Of a DNA stretch of 64,000 nucleotides, positions 1 to 9,377 are shown piece by piece (within the stretch, counting starts at the first letter, position 1; each line of letters starts with the position of its first letter). A program made the position numbers and the translations under genes. The DNA comes from Microbacterium sp. Its GTDB lineage: Bacteria; Actinomycetota; Actinomycetes; Actinomycetales; Microbacteriaceae. The DNA is taken from positions 959 to 64,958 of the forward strand of contig NZ_JBKEAY010000072.1 in the NCBI RefSeq assembly GCF_047972865.1. Reading direction: 5' to 3'. The notes under the pieces are model-generated. The model was not told where the DNA came from and did no database searches. It saw only the letters and a list, made by a program, of their open reading frames with translations.

Positions 1-406
1 TCGACGACTCGTCGAACCGGTCGCGGGTCTCTTCCAGCGGCACGCCGAACGGGACGAACTCCTTGCGGGAGAGCCCGCGGCCCATGCCGAACAGCACGCG
101 GCCCTCGGAGAGATGATCCACCATGAGCAGCTTCTCGGCCACGCGCAGCGGCTGGGTGTTCCACGGCAGGATCACCGCGCCGGTGCCGAGCTTGATCGTC
201 GTGGTGCGGGCGGCGACGTGCGAGAGCCAGACGAGGTTGTCGGGGCAGAAGGCGTAGTCGCTGAAGTGGTGCTCGACGGCCCAGACGCTGTCGTAGCCCA
301 ACTGCTCACCGAGGACGGCGAGTTCGGTCTCGCTGCGGTACACCTCGTGGTCGGACACCTCGGGGTCGAGCTTGCCGAAGCCGAAGTTCAAACCGATGTG
401 CATCAT
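1..406 (-). CDS. LLM class (luciferase-like) flavin-dependent oxidoreductase, N-terminal part; gene runs off the window start
   Basis: Not in the ORF track. Manual translation: MMHIGLNFGFGKLDPEVSDHEVYRSETELAVLGEQLGYDSVWAVEHHFSDYAFCPDN...IKLGTGAVILPW...GRVLFGMGRG, with LLM motifs; GAGGAG RBS upstream. Confidence 0.88.
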   Translation of the reverse strand, partial: MMHIGLNFGFGKLDPEVSDHEVYRSETELAVLGEQLGYDSVWAVEHHFSDYAFCPDNLVWLSHVAARTTTIKLGTGAVILPWNTQPLRVAEKLLMVDHLSEGRVLFGMGRGLSRKEFVPFGVPLEETRDRFDESS

Positions 407-498
407 GCTCTGCTCCTCTGCAGTCTTGCCCTTGCGGTCCGTGTCCACACGGAGCCGAACGCTGGGCAAAACAGTAGGAGGCCAGCTGTGGCGCCCTC

Positions 499-513
499 GT
501 CTCACTTTGAGAC
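499..513. promoter_or_regulatory. Putative operator GTCTCA-CTT-TGAGAC upstream of the LLM gene
   Basis: Perfect 6-bp inverted repeat. The same motif recurs at 2397-2411. A minus-strand TACTGT -10 lies at 471-476. Confidence 0.6.
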
Positions 514-529
514 AGCGGCGCGAGACGGG

Positions 530-2290
530 TCAGGAACGGCTGGAGGGCACCGAGATGCCGAACTGCTTGAGCTTGCGGTACATCGTCGCCCGCGAGATGC
601 CGAGCGCCTTCGCCGCGGCCTCGCGGTTCCAGGAGGCGTCACGAAGACTCGAGAGCACCAGTTCCCGCTCGGCGCGTTCCAGCTTGGTGAGGTCGCGGGC
701 GCGTTCGTCGACGAGTGCGTCGGCGGGAAGATCGTCGAGGGTGACTTCCCCGCCCGTGGCGGTCACGGCGGCGGTGACCAGCACCCGGCGCAATTGCGTG
801 ACGTTGCCGGGCCAACGCTGGCGGGACAGCACCGCCAGGGCGGGCGGGCTGCATCGCACCGGGTGGCCGCCCGTACGCACGTCGGCGAGGATCGTGTCGA
901 CGATCCGGGTGAACTCGTCGCCGCGTTCGCGCAGCGCTGTGCGCGTCACGACGATCGGGAACAGCTCGTCCTGTCCGCCCAGGAGGTCGGGAACAGCGGT
1001 GCCGGTGGCGACGACCCAGGCATCCCCCGTCGACACGATCCGCGCGACATCGGTGCGGATCCGGTCCGGGGCGGCATCGAGGCGGCGGATCACGACCGTC
1101 GGCGCCGCGTGACAGGCCTGTTCCACGTGCGCCAGGAACGACGCTGGATCGTCGCCGATCGTGCGGGCGTCGACGATGACGGCATCCGCTTCGCCGAGCG
1201 CATCCCGCACCAGCCGCATCTTGCCGCTGCCGGGTTCGCCGATCACCGCGGCGAGGATGCCGGCCGCGCGGGCGCGACGCAGGACGTGGACGACCGGATC
1301 GGGCTGGACACGGCGCGGGGCCGCGGCGTCTCGAGGCGTCGCCGACGGGCGCGCGAGGGTGGCGACGGCGGCGACATCGCCCGAGCGCAGCGTCACCGGT
1401 GTCACCCTCACGTGCAGCAGCTCACCCTGTTCGGCGATCTCGAACTCGGCGCGCTCGCCGGCGTGGGCGGCGTCGAGGGCCCGCTCGGCGACCCGCTCGA
1501 CCTTGATGCCGTGGCGTGTCAGCTGGCGTGCCGCGGCGTTGACGATCAAGACGTCGTCGGCGACGGCGAGGGCGGCTTGGGAAGGCCGGCGGGCGAGCGC
1601 GGAGTAGCGATCCAGGAGCTCCTGCTGGACCCCCTTGGCGTCCTGCGCGAGCTCATGTCCGATCGCCCAGGCCACGTCGCGTGCGAACGGAACCAGGATG
1701 CTGTTGGCCTGCGCCAGACGGCAGTTCAACGCCACGAACCCGGCGATCCGGTTCTGGGCGTCGCGCACCGGCGCGCCGACCGAGACGATAGACCGCTCGG
1801 AGTCCCGAAAGTGCTCCGGTCCGACGACGACGAACGACTCCAGCCGTTCTGCGGCGGTGCCGGCGCCGTTGGTCCCGACACTCGACTCGCCGAACAGGGC
1901 ACCGGGCTGCGAGCCGCGATCCACCGTGACCGACCGCACGCGGGCGTCGCCGACGGCCGGTCCCAGTTGCGCGCAGTCGCGGTCGAGCAGCATCGCCCAC
2001 GCCGTCGCTCCTTCGAGCTGGCTGCCGAGCCGTTGCATGATGGGGGCGCCGACCCGCTGCAACCGTTCCGAGCGGCCGTCCATGTCGGTGTGGGGCAACG
2101 CGTCGCCGAGCCGGTCGACCCCGTGCGCGAGGGAGCGTCGCCACGAGTGGATGATCTCCGGCCGCAGGGAGATGTCCGGTGGAGCGGACGGGTCGGCGAG
2201 AAACGCGTCGCGCGCTCGTTGCATCGCGTCGAGCCGGGCGCGACTGGGCGTCAGGTCGATGGGGGCAGCAGGTGCAGCTGAAAGCGTCAT
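530..2290 (-). CDS. GAF domain / degenerate AAA+ / Fis-HTH transcriptional regulator (AcoR-like)
   Basis: SWRRS and GTNGAGTA GAF motifs, Walker A GEPGSGK, WPGNVTQL, C-terminal HTH AAKALGISRATMYRKLK. Start moved to the ATG at 2290, which has a GAGG RBS. Confidence 0.88.
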   Translation of the reverse strand: MTLSAAPAAPIDLTPSRARLDAMQRARDAFLADPSAPPDISLRPEIIHSWRRSLAHGVDRLGDALPHTDMDGRSERLQRVGAPIMQRLGSQLEGATAWAMLLDRDCAQLGPAVGDARVRSVTVDRGSQPGALFGESSVGTNGAGTAAERLESFVVVGPEHFRDSERSIVSVGAPVRDAQNRIAGFVALNCRLAQANSILVPFARDVAWAIGHELAQDAKGVQQELLDRYSALARRPSQAALAVADDVLIVNAAARQLTRHGIKVERVAERALDAAHAGERAEFEIAEQGELLHVRVTPVTLRSGDVAAVATLARPSATPRDAAAPRRVQPDPVVHVLRRARAAGILAAVIGEPGSGKMRLVRDALGEADAVIVDARTIGDDPASFLAHVEQACHAAPTVVIRRLDAAPDRIRTDVARIVSTGDAWVVATGTAVPDLLGGQDELFPIVVTRTALRERGDEFTRIVDTILADVRTGGHPVRCSPPALAVLSRQRWPGNVTQLRRVLVTAAVTATGGEVTLDDLPADALVDERARDLTKLERAERELVLSSLRDASWNREAAAKALGISRATMYRKLKQFGISVPSSRS

Positions 2291-2396
2291 CGCGTTCACC
2301 TCAGAGTTGTGGGACGGCCCCCTTGCACCCACCGCGCCGGACCGCCGGTGCCGAATGCCGTCAAGTATAGGCACGCGGGCCACCGGCGGGCCTGGT

Positions 2397-2411
2397 GTCT
2401 CAGGTTGAGAC
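2397..2411. promoter_or_regulatory. Putative operator GTCTCA-GGT-TGAGAC upstream of the regulator gene
   Basis: Second copy of the palindrome. A minus-strand TATACT -10 lies at 2364-2369. Confidence 0.6.
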
Positions 2412-2470
2412 CTTTTCGGGCCGCCGGTCGTCGGCCCGCCCGTCGTGGATTCTCTCAATCCGCGGACGGA

Positions 2471-3280
2471 TCAGTAGTGCGCGTGAGAGAGCAGGAGTGC
2501 GCCGCCGTCGACGGGGAGGGTGACGCCGGTGACGAACGACGAGGCTTCGGAGGCGAGGAAGAGCACGGGGCCCTGGAGTTGCTCCGGCAGGCCCATCGCG
2601 CCGAGCGGGATGGTCTCCACCCACGCGCGCTCGCGTTCGTCGGTGAGCACGTTGTCGCCGCCGATGCGGGTGTTCTTGAACGGCCCCGGGGCCAGTGCGT
2701 TGACGCGGATGCGTCGCGGTGCCAGCTCCAGCGCCGCCTGACGCACGAGGTTCACGACCGCCGCCTTTGTCGCGACATAGCTGTAGCCGACGAACGGATC
2801 GGTCCGCAGGCCCGCCGTCGAGGAGGTCACGATGATCCGGCCGCCCTCGCTCATCACGCGGGAGGCTTCGCGTAGCGTGGCCAGCACGCTCGTGAGGTTG
2901 CCTCGCACGACCCGGTCCCAGTCCTCGTCGGCGAGGTCGGCGATCGCGCCACCGGGAAGCCGGTAGTTCGGGCCGCCGGCCACCCCGGCGTTGGCCATGA
3001 CCACGTCGAGTCGCCCGTGTCGCTCGATGATCTCGTCGAAGGCGCGGCGCACCCAGGCGGTGTCGGTGACGTCGCCCACGACAGTGTCGGCGTCACCGCC
3101 GGCGTCACCGATGCGCGCGGCGGCCTCTCGCGCGCGTTCCGGGTCGCGTCCGTGCACGACGACGCGGGCGCCGGCCGCGGCGAGGGCAGCGGCTGCGGCT
3201 GCCCCCAGGCCGGACGACGACCCGGTGACCAGGGCCACCTGCCCGGTGAGGTCGAACTGGTCGAGCAGTGCAGAGTTCAT
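2471..3280 (-). CDS. SDR family NAD(P)-dependent oxidoreductase
   Basis: TGSSSGLG, ANAG, YVATK and NALAPG motifs; GGAGG RBS. Confidence 0.92.
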   Translation of the reverse strand: MNSALLDQFDLTGQVALVTGSSSGLGAAAAAALAAAGARVVVHGRDPERAREAAARIGDAGGDADTVVGDVTDTAWVRRAFDEIIERHGRLDVVMANAGVAGGPNYRLPGGAIADLADEDWDRVVRGNLTSVLATLREASRVMSEGGRIIVTSSTAGLRTDPFVGYSYVATKAAVVNLVRQAALELAPRRIRVNALAPGPFKNTRIGGDNVLTDERERAWVETIPLGAMGLPEQLQGPVLFLASEASSFVTGVTLPVDGGALLLSHAHY

Positions 3281-3483
3281 CGGTGATCCTCCCGGACGGG
3301 TTCGCGGCTGCCGTCAGCGTAGTGATCGGCATCCGCGATCTGAAGGTCGCGCCTTATGCCATAGCTGCAGCACATGGTGGTGATAGTCAGGAGCGCGTAG
3401 CCGGCGGCCGCGTCTTCGGCGAGGGTGGGACAGCAGGCGCGTGTCGACGGGCGACCACGCGCGAACACGATGAGGAGTTCGAC

Positions 3484-4485
3484 ATGACGGCAGCGGGGGC
3501 AGTTCGGGCAGCAGGGGTCGTCGCGGGGGTCGCCGCGCTCGCCGTCACTCTGGGGGCGTGCACGTCCGACGGCGGCGGGACCGGCGGCGGTGCCGCGACG
3601 GGGGGAAGCACGCCGGTCACGATCGGCGCGGTGTTCACCACCGCGACCGTGCCGATCTGGCTCGCCGAGGAAGAGGGCATCTTCGACAAGTACGGGCTCG
3701 ACGTCACGATTCAGCAGTCTCCGAACTTCGCGGCATCCGTCCCCTCGGTCCTCAACGGCCAGATGGAGTTCGCCAACGCGGCGACGACGCCGTTCATCAC
3801 CGCGATCAACGAGGGTGTCCCGGTGCAGATCGTGGCGGGGGTGTCGGTGCTCGCGCCCGTGGAGCGCGACGGCAACCTCGTGATCGTCCAACCCGACAGC
3901 GGCATCGAGCGGCCCAAGGACCTGGAGGGCAAAACGGTCGCAACCCTCGCCGTGGGCGCCGGGCCGACCGTCGGGGTGATCGCCAACTACCTCGCCGACG
4001 GGGGCGCACCCGACGGCATCGACTGGGTCGTGATGGGTCTGACCGAGCAGCTTCCCGCCCTGGAGGACGGCTCGATCGACGCGGCGGTCATGGCGCCGCC
4101 GTTCTCCGGCCAGGCCGAGGCCGCCGGATACCCTGCCGGTTTCAACGCGTACCTCGTCGACGGGCTCGACGTCATCCCCACCGGTTTCACCGATGCGGTG
4201 CTGCTCGCGTCCGATCAGTACCTCGCCGACAATCCCGACGTGGGTGAGCGGATGCGCGACGCGATGATCGAGGCGAACGACTACGCGCAGCAGAACCCCG
4301 ATCGGGTGCGCGAGACGCTCGTCGAGTACATCGATCTCGACCCGACGACGGCCGAAACCGTCGCGATCCCCGACTACAACGGGGTCGTCGACCCCGCCGA
4401 CATCCAGCGGGTCATCGACGCGATGTCCGGAGCCGGGCTGATCGCCGACGGCATGAACGCCGACGAGATCGTCTGGATGCCCTGA
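3484..4485 (+). CDS. ABC transporter substrate-binding lipoprotein (NMT1/SsuA/TauA-like)
   Basis: Lipobox LGAC; GIFDKYGLDV, DLEGKTVA and ALEDGSIDAA motifs; GAGGAG RBS before the ATG at 3484. Confidence 0.85.
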   Translation: MTAAGAVRAAGVVAGVAALAVTLGACTSDGGGTGGGAATGGSTPVTIGAVFTTATVPIWLAEEEGIFDKYGLDVTIQQSPNFAASVPSVLNGQMEFANAATTPFITAINEGVPVQIVAGVSVLAPVERDGNLVIVQPDSGIERPKDLEGKTVATLAVGAGPTVGVIANYLADGGAPDGIDWVVMGLTEQLPALEDGSIDAAVMAPPFSGQAEAAGYPAGFNAYLVDGLDVIPTGFTDAVLLASDQYLADNPDVGERMRDAMIEANDYAQQNPDRVRETLVEYIDLDPTTAETVAIPDYNGVVDPADIQRVIDAMSGAGLIADGMNADEIVWMP

Positions 4486-4580
4486 CCCGGGGCCCGCGGG
4501 GCCCGCGCCTGTTGCGCGCGGTCGGGCGAGGTCGCGGCGGCGCGGGGGCAGCGGGGCGAATCTGCGGCGCCGCAGTGACC

Positions 4581-5765
4581 TCACAGCGTCGTGGCGAAAG
4601 GCCAGCCGGTGTAGGCCTCGGCGAGGTAGCGGCGGCCGGCCTCGGACTCCACGACGCTGCGCAGTTCGCCGACCTGGCGGCGGCGGTCGAAGTCGCTGGC
4701 ATCCGGCGCGACGTGCAGCATGCTCGTCATCCACCACGAGAAGTGCTGGGCCTTCCAGATGCGGTCCGAGGCCACGTCGGCGAAGCGGTCCAGGGGTCGC
4801 GAGTCGTTCTCGAGCAGGAGGGCGCGCAGCGCGACATCCAGCAGGATGACGTCGGCGACGGCGAGGTTCATGCCCTTCGCGCCGGTCGGCGGTACGGTGT
4901 GCGCGGCATCCCCGATCAGGGCGACGCGCCCGCGGCGCAGTTCGTGCGCGACGAAGCTGCGGAAGCGCAGCACGTCGCGTTGGAAGATGTGCCCCTGTTT
5001 GAGGGTGGTGCCGGGCACCCGCACCTGGAGTTCATGCCAGAGCTGCTCCTCGGTGAACGACGCGGGGTCGACCTCGGGGTCGCACTGGAAGTACATCCGC
5101 TGCACCGTGTCGCTGCGCTGGCTGATCAGGGCGAAGCCGTTCGGCGAGTTGGAGTAGATCAGCTCCTCGGAGCTGGGCGGGGCCTCGCAGAGGATGCCGA
5201 ACCACGCGAACGGGTACTCGCGGAAGTAGCCGCCGGTCTGCGACCCGGTCACCGCTTCGCGCGCGACCGAGCGGGAACCGTCCGCCCCGACGACGAACTC
5301 GGCGTCGATCTCGAGCGCACCGTTCTCGTCTTCGGCGAACACCCGCGGGCGGTCGCTGTCGGCGCCCTCGACGCGCAGTGCGGTGACGCCGAAGCGGAGG
5401 TCCTGGCCTTCTTCAAGGCGCACGGCGATGAGGTCTTTGAGCGCCTCGTGCTGCGGGTACAGCCACACGCTGCGCCCGGTCAGGCCGGGAAAGTCGATGC
5501 GGTGGCCCTCGCCCTCGAAGCGCAGTTCGATGCCGTCGTGGCGGTGCCCGCCGGTGAGCACGCGGCGGGAGGCGCCGGTCTCGTCGAGCAGCTGCACGGT
5601 GCCGTGCTCGAGGATGCCGGCGCGAATCGTGGACTCGATCTCCTCGCGGGAGCGCTGGTCGATCACGACGCTGTCGATGCCCGACTTGGCGAGCAGGTGC
5701 GACAGCAGCAGGCCGGCGGGGCCGGCGCCGATGATGGCGACGCGGGTGCGGACGGTCTGGGACAT
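4581..5765 (-). CDS. pobA: 4-hydroxybenzoate 3-monooxygenase
   Basis: IIGAGPAGL, IRAGILE, GADG and GDAAHTVPPTGAKGMNLA motifs; C-terminal LAEAYTG. Confidence 0.93.
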   Translation of the reverse strand: MSQTVRTRVAIIGAGPAGLLLSHLLAKSGIDSVVIDQRSREEIESTIRAGILEHGTVQLLDETGASRRVLTGGHRHDGIELRFEGEGHRIDFPGLTGRSVWLYPQHEALKDLIAVRLEEGQDLRFGVTALRVEGADSDRPRVFAEDENGALEIDAEFVVGADGSRSVAREAVTGSQTGGYFREYPFAWFGILCEAPPSSEELIYSNSPNGFALISQRSDTVQRMYFQCDPEVDPASFTEEQLWHELQVRVPGTTLKQGHIFQRDVLRFRSFVAHELRRGRVALIGDAAHTVPPTGAKGMNLAVADVILLDVALRALLLENDSRPLDRFADVASDRIWKAQHFSWWMTSMLHVAPDASDFDRRRQVGELRSVVESEAGRRYLAEAYTGWPFATTL

Positions 5766-5835
5766 GGGTCGTCTCCTTCGACGGGGAGTAGGTACGCCCC
5801 CAGTGTGGATGCCCCGCCGCCACCGCGCCGCAATC

Positions 5836-5850
5836 TCCCGTTCATCGGGA
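5836..5850. promoter_or_regulatory. Putative IclR-type operator TCCCG-TTCAT-CGGGA upstream of pobA
   Basis: Inverted repeat about 70 nt upstream of the pobA start. The half-site CGGGACAC recurs at 6843-6850 between the two IclR genes. Confidence 0.45.
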
Positions 5851-5910
5851 CACGACCCCTCCCGCCCCGCCCGGCCGCCCCGGTCCCGTCCGGCCGCCGG
5901 CCCGCCCGGC

Positions 5911-5985
5911 CCGCGAGACTACAGGCTCGCTGTCGAGACCGTGCGTAAAGCGCGTGCTTTCGATAGTGCCGGTGTAGTCTCGCGG
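5911..5985. repeat. REP-like ~73-nt palindromic intergenic repeat, copy 1
   Basis: 13-bp perfect outer IR CCGCGAGACTACA...TGTAGTCTCGCGG; homologous to 28974-29046 and 38325-38395. Confidence 0.85.
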
Positions 5986-6020
5986 TTCCGCGCTGAGCAC
6001 GGCGGGGCTCGGGGCTCGGG

Positions 6021-6773
6021 CTAGGGGCGGGAGGCGATCAGGTCGCTTTCGATGGCGGATGCGGCGGTGTGCAGCGCCTCGATCGCGGGGGCGGTGTCGG
6101 CGGCGCGCGGCAGCACGACCGACAGCGCCGCGGCGACCTGGCCGCGGTCGCGGATCGGCACGGCGACCCCGGTCGAGACCGCCTCGACACTGCCGGGCGC
6201 GACCGTGTACCCGCGGCGCCGGATGCCGGCCAGCTCCCGGCGCAGCGCCGCGGCATCGGTCACCGTCTCGGCGGACACCGCCGGGAGCGCCCCGGCGAGC
6301 ACCCGCTCGCGCACCGCGGGATCGGCGAAAGCGAGCAGCACGAGACCCGACGATGAGGCGTGCAACGGCAGCCGCCCGGCGATCCGGGTGATGTTGGCCC
6401 CGGCATCCGGGTGCGACAGACGCTCCAGGAACAGCGCCTCGTCCTGTTCGAGCACTGCCAGCTGGGTGTGCTCGCGGAGGCGGGTCTGCACCCGCTCCAT
6501 GTGCGGGAGCGACGCCTGCCGCAATCGCAGCGCCGTCGAGCCCCGCAGTGCCAGTTCCCACAGGTGCAACCCGAGCCGCACCCGATGTTCGTCGTCGCGC
6601 TCGAGCAGGCCCGCCGCGACCAGGTCGTCGACGATCCGGTGCGCCGTGGACCGCGGCAGTTCCGCCCGGCGCGCGATCTGCGCCGCGGTCTGCAGCGTCC
6701 GGTCGGGCCCGAACGTCTCCAGCACCCGCACGACGCGCTGGAGCATCGAGTCCCCGCTGGGAGAGTTGGCCAT
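6021..6773 (-). CDS. IclR family transcriptional regulator
   Basis: HTH LPRSTAHRI and effector-domain motif GRLPLHASSSG. Start MANSPSG at 6773 is probably leaderless. Confidence 0.9.
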   Translation of the reverse strand: MANSPSGDSMLQRVVRVLETFGPDRTLQTAAQIARRAELPRSTAHRIVDDLVAAGLLERDDEHRVRLGLHLWELALRGSTALRLRQASLPHMERVQTRLREHTQLAVLEQDEALFLERLSHPDAGANITRIAGRLPLHASSSGLVLLAFADPAVRERVLAGALPAVSAETVTDAAALRRELAGIRRRGYTVAPGSVEAVSTGVAVPIRDRGQVAAALSVVLPRAADTAPAIEALHTAASAIESDLIASRP

Positions 6774-6899
6774 GCGCCTACACTGCCACCACGGGCCGCG
6801 CCGGCGCCTCACCCCCGCCGTGTCACATTGCTGCGCGGGGAACGGGACACGCCCGGCCAGGCGCTACGCTCGGAGGGATGCCGTCACGCAGGAGGGGTT

Positions 6900-7670
6900 T
6901 TGGCCGACGATGGTGCTGCCGGGGTGGGGCTTCTCACCCGTGCGCTGAGCGTTCTTGGGTGCTTCAACGACGATGAACCCGACCTGTCGGCCGCGGAGCT
7001 GGCCGAGCGCACCGGACTGCCGATCTCGTCCCTGCACCGGCTGCTGGCGCGGCTGACGGACGAAGGGCTGCTGGCCCGTGTGCCTGGACACCGCTACGCG
7101 ATCGGGTCGCGCCTGTTCGAGCTCGGCGAACTGTCCCCGCTGTCATTGCGACTGCGGGAGACCGCCCTGCCGCACATGCTGCGCCTGTACGAGGCCACCG
7201 GCGAGAACGTGCACCTCGCCATCCTCGGTCACGAGCTCCCCGAGTGCGCGACCGCCCTGTTCGTCGGCCGGGTCACCGGGCGGGGGTCCATCCCGACGGT
7301 CAGCCGCATGGGCGGCCGGCATCCGCTGCACACGACCGGCGTGGGCAAGGCACTGTTGGCGACGCAGGATGACGAGTGGTTGGAGCGGTTCTTCGCGGGC
7401 CCGCTGGAACGCGAGACCCAGTACTCCCACGTGCATGAGGCGGAACTGCGCGTCGACATCGCGCAGGCACGGCGCCGCGGGTTTGCGACCACTCGCGAGG
7501 AGATGACGCTCGGCAATGTGTCGGTGGCGACCTCGCTGGCCCCCGTCGAGGGGCTGCCGCGGGTGGCGCTGGGAGTCGTGGTGCACCTGGCGCGCGCCGA
7601 CGAACGGCGGCTGGCGCCCCTCGTGGTGCAGACCGCGCGTGAACTGCACCACGATCTGATTCGCTCCTGA
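6900..7670 (+). CDS. IclR family transcriptional regulator
   Basis: HTH LPISSLHRLL and GGRHPLHTTGVGKALL. TTG start chosen after an AGGAGG RBS; the start is uncertain. Confidence 0.88.
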   Translation: MADDGAAGVGLLTRALSVLGCFNDDEPDLSAAELAERTGLPISSLHRLLARLTDEGLLARVPGHRYAIGSRLFELGELSPLSLRLRETALPHMLRLYEATGENVHLAILGHELPECATALFVGRVTGRGSIPTVSRMGGRHPLHTTGVGKALLATQDDEWLERFFAGPLERETQYSHVHEAELRVDIAQARRRGFATTREEMTLGNVSVATSLAPVEGLPRVALGVVVHLARADERRLAPLVVQTARELHHDLIRS

Positions 7671-7741
7671 ACTCGCCCTGAATACGCCAGGGGTGCTCGT
7701 GCGGCGGCATGCCCGAGCGTAGGATTCGACGCAGAACGGTG

Positions 7742-7757
7742 ATACCCCGATGGGTAT
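7742..7757. promoter_or_regulatory. CsoR/RicR-like operator ATACCC-CGAT-GGGTAT
   Basis: Inverted repeat about 45 nt upstream of the multicopper oxidase start; resembles copper-repressor boxes. Confidence 0.5.
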
Positions 7758-7801
7758 TCCGATCGGTCTCGGACCCCCGGCCGAAGCCGAGGGAGCAGAC
7801 G

Positions 7802-9361
7802 ATGGCCGACGAGACACCCCGGAGCGGCTGGATCAGCAGACGCCAGCTCGTGATCTTCGGCGCGGCGGCGGCCGGCGTGGTCGCGGTGGGCGCGACCGGA
7901 TCACTCATCGCGGGGCAGGGGCAACCGCCCGCACCGCAGGGCACGGCACCGGCATCCCCCGGTACGGCGCCAGCATCCCCGGCCTCCGCACCCCCCGGCG
8001 CCGCCGACGGGTGGACCCAGCCGGAGGTGCTGACCGCCACCTCCGGCATCCTCGACCTCGACCTGCGCGTCGCCGAGCGCGACGTGCCGCTCGGCGGTCA
8101 GACGGTGCGGATGCTGACCTACAACGGCACGACTCCCGGCCCCACGCTTCGGCTGCGGCCCGGAGGTCGCCTCCGCGTGCACCTGCACAACGACCTCGCC
8201 GAGGCGACCAACTTGCACACGCACGGACTCCGCGTGTCCGGGACCGGAAACGGCGACAACCCGTTCGTGCGGGTGGGGCCCGGCGAGAGTTTCGACTACG
8301 AGATCGAGCTGCCCGCCGACCATCCGCCGGGGGTCTGCTGGTACCACCCGCACCATCACGGCATGGTGGCCGCCCAGATCTTCGGCGGGCTGTACGGCGC
8401 GATCCTCATCGAGACCGACGGCGCGGGCGAGGCCGAGGGCGCCGCCAGCAGAGCGGTATCACCGCGGCTCGCGGTGATCTCCGACGTGACGGTCGCCGCG
8501 GGGGCGGTCGCGACGGTCTCGCAGATGGACCGCATGCGTGGCCGCACCGGTGAGACACTGCTGGTCAACGGGCAGCCGACGCCGCCGCTTCGAGCGCCGG
8601 CCGGATCGGCCCAGCGGATCGCCTTGGTCAACGCGTGTGCGAGCCGGTATCTCGACCTGCGGTGGGCGGGGCTCGACGCACGGCTTCGCGGCATCGACAC
8701 CGGCGCGCGCGACGAGCCGATCGACCGGCTGCTGCTGCCGCCCGGGAGCCGTGCCGACGTCGTGTTCACGATGCCCGCGGCGGAAACCGACCTCGTCACG
8801 GCCGCGTACGACCGCGGCGGGATGGGAAACGGGATGATGGGCGACGCGGCGGTGGTCTCGCCCGAGGCGGTTGTGCTCACCCTGGTTCCGGATGCCGCCA
8901 TGGCCGCTCCCGTCGTGTCACCGGCGGCGTCGTCGGCCGACCCCGACCTGCGTTCCCGTACCGTCGACGCTACGCGCACGCTGACCATGACGATGGTCGG
9001 CGGGGGTGGCGGCGGCGGGATGATGGGCGGGGGCGGCATGCAGTTCCTCATCGACGGCGCCGCATTCGACCCGGCCCGGGTCGATCAGGAGGTGACGATC
9101 GGCACGGTCGAGGAGTGGACGCTGCGCAACACGTCGCCGATGGACCACCCGTTCCACCTGCACAGCTGGCCGATGCAGGTGGTGCGCGCCGCCGAAGGCG
9201 AGACGGCGGGGGTCGACGTGCGCGACGTCGTCAACGTGCCCGCCGGTGGCGCGGTCGTGGTGCGTATCCGGTTCGACCGGTTCCCCGGACGCACCGTCTA
9301 CCACTGCCACATCCTCGACCACGAGGACCTCGGCATGATGGGTGTCATCGCGGCGAGCTGA
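7802..9361 (+). CDS. Multicopper oxidase with twin-arginine signal
   Basis: SRRQLV Tat motif; copper motifs HTHG, WYHPH, HPFHLH and HCHILDHEDLGM; Met/Gly-rich loops. Confidence 0.92.
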   Translation: MADETPRSGWISRRQLVIFGAAAAGVVAVGATGSLIAGQGQPPAPQGTAPASPGTAPASPASAPPGAADGWTQPEVLTATSGILDLDLRVAERDVPLGGQTVRMLTYNGTTPGPTLRLRPGGRLRVHLHNDLAEATNLHTHGLRVSGTGNGDNPFVRVGPGESFDYEIELPADHPPGVCWYHPHHHGMVAAQIFGGLYGAILIETDGAGEAEGAASRAVSPRLAVISDVTVAAGAVATVSQMDRMRGRTGETLLVNGQPTPPLRAPAGSAQRIALVNACASRYLDLRWAGLDARLRGIDTGARDEPIDRLLLPPGSRADVVFTMPAAETDLVTAAYDRGGMGNGMMGDAAVVSPEAVVLTLVPDAAMAAPVVSPAASSADPDLRSRTVDATRTLTMTMVGGGGGGGMMGGGGMQFLIDGAAFDPARVDQEVTIGTVEEWTLRNTSPMDHPFHLHSWPMQVVRAAEGETAGVDVRDVVNVPAGGAVVVRIRFDRFPGRTVYHCHILDHEDLGMMGVIAAS

Positions 9362-9377
9362 ACCGGAGCGCGCCGGC

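Noticed and set aside
113..2281. 722-aa plus-strand ORF
   Set aside because: Antisense shadow of the regulator and LLM genes with no motifs; long stop-free shadows are expected at this GC content.
3281..3483. LysR-like box (TTATGCCATAGCTGCAGCACAT) in the SDR / binding-protein spacer
   Set aside because: The symmetry is weak and there is no LysR gene in the window.
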